Part shown: positions 19,131-22,382 of the stretch, piece after piece
Position numbering within the stretch: the stretch's first letter is position 1
Layout of the letters: the number at the start of each line of letters is the position of its first letter
DNA from: Calditrichaceae bacterium
GTDB lineage: Bacteria; Calditrichota; Calditrichia; Calditrichales; JBFXGD01
Assembly: GCA_050178385.1 (NCBI GenBank)
Contig: JBFXGD010000045.1
Coordinates: 1-22,382, forward strand
DNA: 22,382 bases
Reading direction: 5' to 3'
The notes under the pieces: model-generated
Told to the model about the DNA's origin: nothing
Database searches by the model: none
What the model saw: only the letters and a program-made list of their open reading frames with translations
Program-made: the position numbers and the translations under genes

Positions 19131-19544
19131 AAAACCCCATATAATCACGATTAAAGTAACAAATTTATTAAGATGAATTGGATAATAAGCTTGTTTTATG
19201 CGTCTTAACAATGTATATGAGGAATATTTTAATTTAATATTAACTTAAAGCTGATGTTTTTTCGATTCACGAATCATTGATTGTTACAACTTAAACTCGT
19301 GAAATAGCATCTTGTTGAGCAAAACCAATCCTGGAAATTTTAAAATAAATGGTGAGGTTAAACACACGCGCCATTGATTGAATATATTAGATTAAATCAA
19401 TAATCTACATAATCTGATTGTATTCAGCCGGCTGTCAGGAGTTTTTGTGTTGAATAAATGGCTACTCACCGGAATTTGAAATTGATACCGGGCAGTGATA
19501 ATTAATTGTCCGGAATTCTCTATAACTTTTTTTTACATAATCAG

Positions 19545-19644
19545 CTGATGCCGTTCCGGAAAGGACGGTATCGGACGGGGGATGATTATTGCTAATACAA
19601 AAGCTCACATGGAATGTTCTTAGCCCATTAGCAAATACTCACCC
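19545..19644 (+). other. Two adjacent hairpins in the leader of the polysaccharide locus
   Basis: CTGATGCCG-T-TCC-GGAAA-GGA-CGGTATCGG (19545-19574), then TTGCTAAT(19589-19596)/ATTAGCAA(19627-19634) with flanking and internal stems. Confidence 0.5.
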
Positions 19645-19773
19645 ATTTTATGAAAATATTTATAACATTTTTGTCCGGTCATTTTTGGTTTTTTAACCCA
19701 AATCTGATTCGACATCTATTATTATGTGCATATTGAAAAACCTGATATGTAACTGACAGGGCGGAGCTGTAAA

Positions 19774-20418
19774 ATGATGAGAACATATGTATTGATGAAA
19801 AGTATCTTAAGAAAATCTGTATTTTTAATATCAGTGGTTTTATTGTCTTTTTTAACGCATGAAAATACCTATTCCCAGGGAGTCAATCCCGGTGACGGGG
19901 TACGTGTCACCTTTTTTAATATTTCAGATGGTATTTCCGGTGATTATTTTGTTCAGCAGGATGGGCATATGCAGCTGCCCTATATTGGTCTGATATCCGC
20001 CAGAGATAGAGATTTTCCATCAATCAGGAATGAGATAATCACCAAGTATGATTCCCTTTACCGGAATCCCGAGCTAACCATTCAGCCGCTCTATAAAATC
20101 AATGTGCTTGGAGAAGTCCGAAATCCGGGACTGTATTATGTGACGGGGGTTGAAAAACTGACTGATCTGATCGCAATGGCCGGTGGTGAGACAAGTGATA
20201 CTAATCTGAACGGGCTCTATATCATCCGTGAAAATCAGGAAATCAAGGTTAACGCAAAATCTATTATAGAAAAGGGTGACAGGGTTAGTGATATCGGACT
20301 CCGGTCCGGAGACAGGGTTTTTGTCCCGAGGAAATGGTGGGTCGGGGCACGAAACGCCGCGGTGATTATCTCGGCGGCAGCAGTACTCGTAACATTAGCA
20401 AGTTTATTTATCCGGTAA
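19774..20418 (+). CDS. Polysaccharide export protein (Wza/OPX-like; Poly_export plus SLBB)
   Basis: PGDGVRV, DGHMQLPYIG, NVLGEVRNPG, IAMAGG and LRSGDRVFVP motifs, with a C-terminal hydrophobic helix. The start could be the later ATG at 19795. Confidence 0.9.
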   Translation: MMRTYVLMKSILRKSVFLISVVLLSFLTHENTYSQGVNPGDGVRVTFFNISDGISGDYFVQQDGHMQLPYIGLISARDRDFPSIRNEIITKYDSLYRNPELTIQPLYKINVLGEVRNPGLYYVTGVEKLTDLIAMAGGETSDTNLNGLYIIRENQEIKVNAKSIIEKGDRVSDIGLRSGDRVFVPRKWWVGARNAAVIISAAAVLVTLASLFIR

Positions 20419-20453
20419 TAAAAAGTCTGATCATCAAACAGAAGGAAACAGGC

Positions 20454-22382
20454 GTGTTAAAAAACAGTTCGAAGTCATCGGACAATTATACAAAAAAAAT
20501 AAAAGATGAGCTGAACTTTTATGATGTTATTCAAATTATCAACCGAAGAAGACATCTTATCGCAATATCTGTAATATCTGTAGTTGTACTTGTTTCCTTG
20601 TATACCTTTTTTGCAAAGCCGGTATATGAATCATCCGTATTGTTCAAGAAAGAGAAAATGCAGGAGCAGAATTCGCAGGATGAATTCCGGCAGATGTTAT
20701 CAATGCAGATGCTCGATGAAATAGATACTGAAATCGAAATATTTAAATCCCGCGCCGTGCTCCAAAAAGTCATATTTGATTTAAATCTGATGTTCAGTGC
20801 GAAAAGCGCTGAATTTTCTGATAATGACCGGCTTGTTTTGAATGCAGATTTTAACCGGTATAAAGCATATATAGAAAACCGCGAAATGGATTACCGGCGG
20901 CTGCCTGAAATCAGTGAATTCAATATTTATAATGAAGCCATTCAGGGCGGCAAATATTATCTAACCTTGTCGAACAACAGACTGCTCCAGCTTTTTGACG
21001 CGGAAAATGAAAATCTGCTTCAGTCTGTCATATATTCCATACCCGCCGAATTGGGCCTGCGGGGATTCGTCATCAGGTTTGATTGGAAGAATGTCACCGC
21101 GGAAGACCGGTTTTATTTTGATGTCGAAGATTTTGAACATTCCTATATTTCTCTTTCTAAAAATACTGCTGTTGAGAGAGTCGGGAAAACAAATCTTTTT
21201 AAACTGTCCGTAAAATCATATTCACCCCAGACGGCGCAACTGATCGCCAACACAATCGCGGAAAAATATCGTGAAAGCAGACTGGCTCAAAAGAGACAGA
21301 CTATACATTATTCATTCGATTTTGTGGATGAACAACTGAAAGAAACATCTCAGAAATTACAAGCCGCGGAAATGGCGCTTAGTGATTACAAGAGTGAGCA
21401 TCAGATCGTTTTAATGGATCAGAACTCCCGTGATGTCATTGACTTCCTAAGTAATCTGGAAACAGAAAAAATCAAGACCGACCTGGAACTGGTTGAATAT
21501 AGAAATAAACTGACTGAAATGTCGACCGAGATTAAATCAAAAGGTTATTTTGATCAGACATATCTTACTCCAAACCGGTCGGAAATCGCCAATTCTCCAT
21601 TCTCAATCCTTCTCAGTCAATTGTCTGACGCGGAAATAAGACGGCTGGAGCTTCTCCAGAAAAGGAAATCGAGCCATCCGGATGTTGTGACTATTGATGA
21701 GCAAATATCACAAATAAAGGCAAAGCTGGGAGATTATAACCAAAATACAATAACCTCCTATGAGATTATTATCAATTCTCTCAATAAAAAGCAGTCGAGT
21801 CTCAACTCATTGATCCGGAAGTATTCAGATAAAATAGAGAAACTGCCGAATCAGGAATCACAATTGGCTGATCTGATGCGAAACAAGAGTGTGTACGACA
21901 AAATGTTCACCCTTTTGATAGATAAGCGGGAAGAACTGAGAATGGCGGAGTACTCTAAGCTGCAGGACATTATTATTGTTGATAAAGCTACGGTTCCAAT
22001 AAAGCCGGTATATCCCAAAAAAGCGTTGAATCTGATTCTGGCCCTGTTGCTTGGAGCGGTGATTGGACTTGTGGTAGTATTTGTCAGTGAGTTTTTTGAC
22101 AAGAGGGTGACAACGATTGATGAAATTGAGAATGCCTACTCATTTCCCGTTCTGGCGGTTTTGCCGAAATACACGAGAAAACTGATAAAAAAAATCAGTG
22201 ATGCTGAGGCTGTTAAAGACCGGCTTGTAACAATGATGGATGATCAGCCGGATTATAAGGAATCATACCGGGTCCTCCGCGCGAAACTTATGAATTTTGT
22301 CCGCAACGGTAAAAAAGTAATCATGATAACCAGTTGCGAGGAAGACACCGGAAAAACATCGATTATATCAAATTTTGCCATT
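20454..22382 (+). CDS. wzc: Wzc/GumC-like polysaccharide copolymerase with tyrosine autokinase domain (3'-truncated by the window edge)
   Basis: Not in the ORF track. GTG 20454 after AAGGA reads ...DELNFYDVIQIINRRRHLI-TM-KPVYESSVLF, then coiled coils, HPDV, IVDKATVPIKPVYPKKALNLILALLLG (TM2), YKESYRVLR and Walker A TSCEEDTGKT. The start and end of this stretch are in the same frame (643 codons). Confidence 0.93.
   Translation, partial: MLKNSSKSSDNYTKKIKDELNFYDVIQIINRRRHLIAISVISVVVLVSLYTFFAKPVYESSVLFKKEKMQEQNSQDEFRQMLSMQMLDEIDTEIEIFKSRAVLQKVIFDLNLMFSAKSAEFSDNDRLVLNADFNRYKAYIENREMDYRRLPEISEFNIYNEAIQGGKYYLTLSNNRLLQLFDAENENLLQSVIYSIPAELGLRGFVIRFDWKNVTAEDRFYFDVEDFEHSYISLSKNTAVERVGKTNLFKLSVKSYSPQTAQLIANTIAEKYRESRLAQKRQTIHYSFDFVDEQLKETSQKLQAAEMALSDYKSEHQIVLMDQNSRDVIDFLSNLETEKIKTDLELVEYRNKLTEMSTEIKSKGYFDQTYLTPNRSEIANSPFSILLSQLSDAEIRRLELLQKRKSSHPDVVTIDEQISQIKAKLGDYNQNTITSYEIIINSLNKKQSSLNSLIRKYSDKIEKLPNQESQLADLMRNKSVYDKMFTLLIDKREELRMAEYSKLQDIIIVDKATVPIKPVYPKKALNLILALLLGAVIGLVVVFVSEFFDKRVTTIDEIENAYSFPVLAVLPKYTRKLIKKISDAEAVKDRLVTMMDDQPDYKESYRVLRAKLMNFVRNGKKVIMITSCEEDTGKTSIISNFAI

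Noticed and set aside
19545..19644. c-di-GMP-I (GEMM) riboswitch
   Set aside because: It has a GAAA-containing loop but lacks the GGCAAA and GACGCAAAG conserved segments.
18914..19773. Invertible capsule promoter or CRISPR array in the long spacer
   Set aside because: Only a gapped, imperfect inverted match (AAATGGTGAG vs CTCACCCATTT) was found, with no recombinase and no regularly spaced direct repeats.
751..22102. Short antisense and alternate-frame ORFs in the track (e.g. 1480..1911, 3530..3886, 10510..10818, 16149..16433, 21851..22102)
   Set aside because: All overlap well-supported + strand genes and show no recognisable motifs, so they are treated as shadow ORFs.

Overview
A 22.4-kb bacterial chromosomal window in which every intact gene lies on the + strand. 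The gene mix suggests a diderm, possibly of the Calditrichota/Ignavibacteriota/FCB neighbourhood (inference only). Gene order: a broken DUF6206-like gene at the left edge; SulP/STAS anion permease; octaheme tetrathionate-reductase-family cytochrome c; EamA/DMT transporter; membrane PDZ-GAF-PP2C (SpoIIE/RsbU-like) phosphatase; MscS channel; TM-helix-repeat (CmpX-like) protein; corA; pfkA; glgP; a four-gene redox operon (pentaheme cytochrome c, DUF1858, DUF6132-like, thioredoxin); an RsbW-like kinase; an 860-bp AT-rich structured leader; and the start of a wza-wzc polysaccharide export locus. The wzc gene runs off the window and is absent from the ORF track. No transposase, CRISPR array, tRNA or rRNA was seen. 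The strongest anomaly is bases 1-134, which appear to be an inverted internal piece of the same DUF6206-like gene that continues on the + strand, joined at a 10-bp sequence (intragenic inversion or chimera artefact). Other leads are a 109-nt G-U-rich rod hairpin between the OTR and EamA genes, a two-hairpin leader before wza, the Cys-rich redox operon, and an RsbW-like kinase with a long lid insertion. No complete novel system can be demonstrated from the sequence alone.
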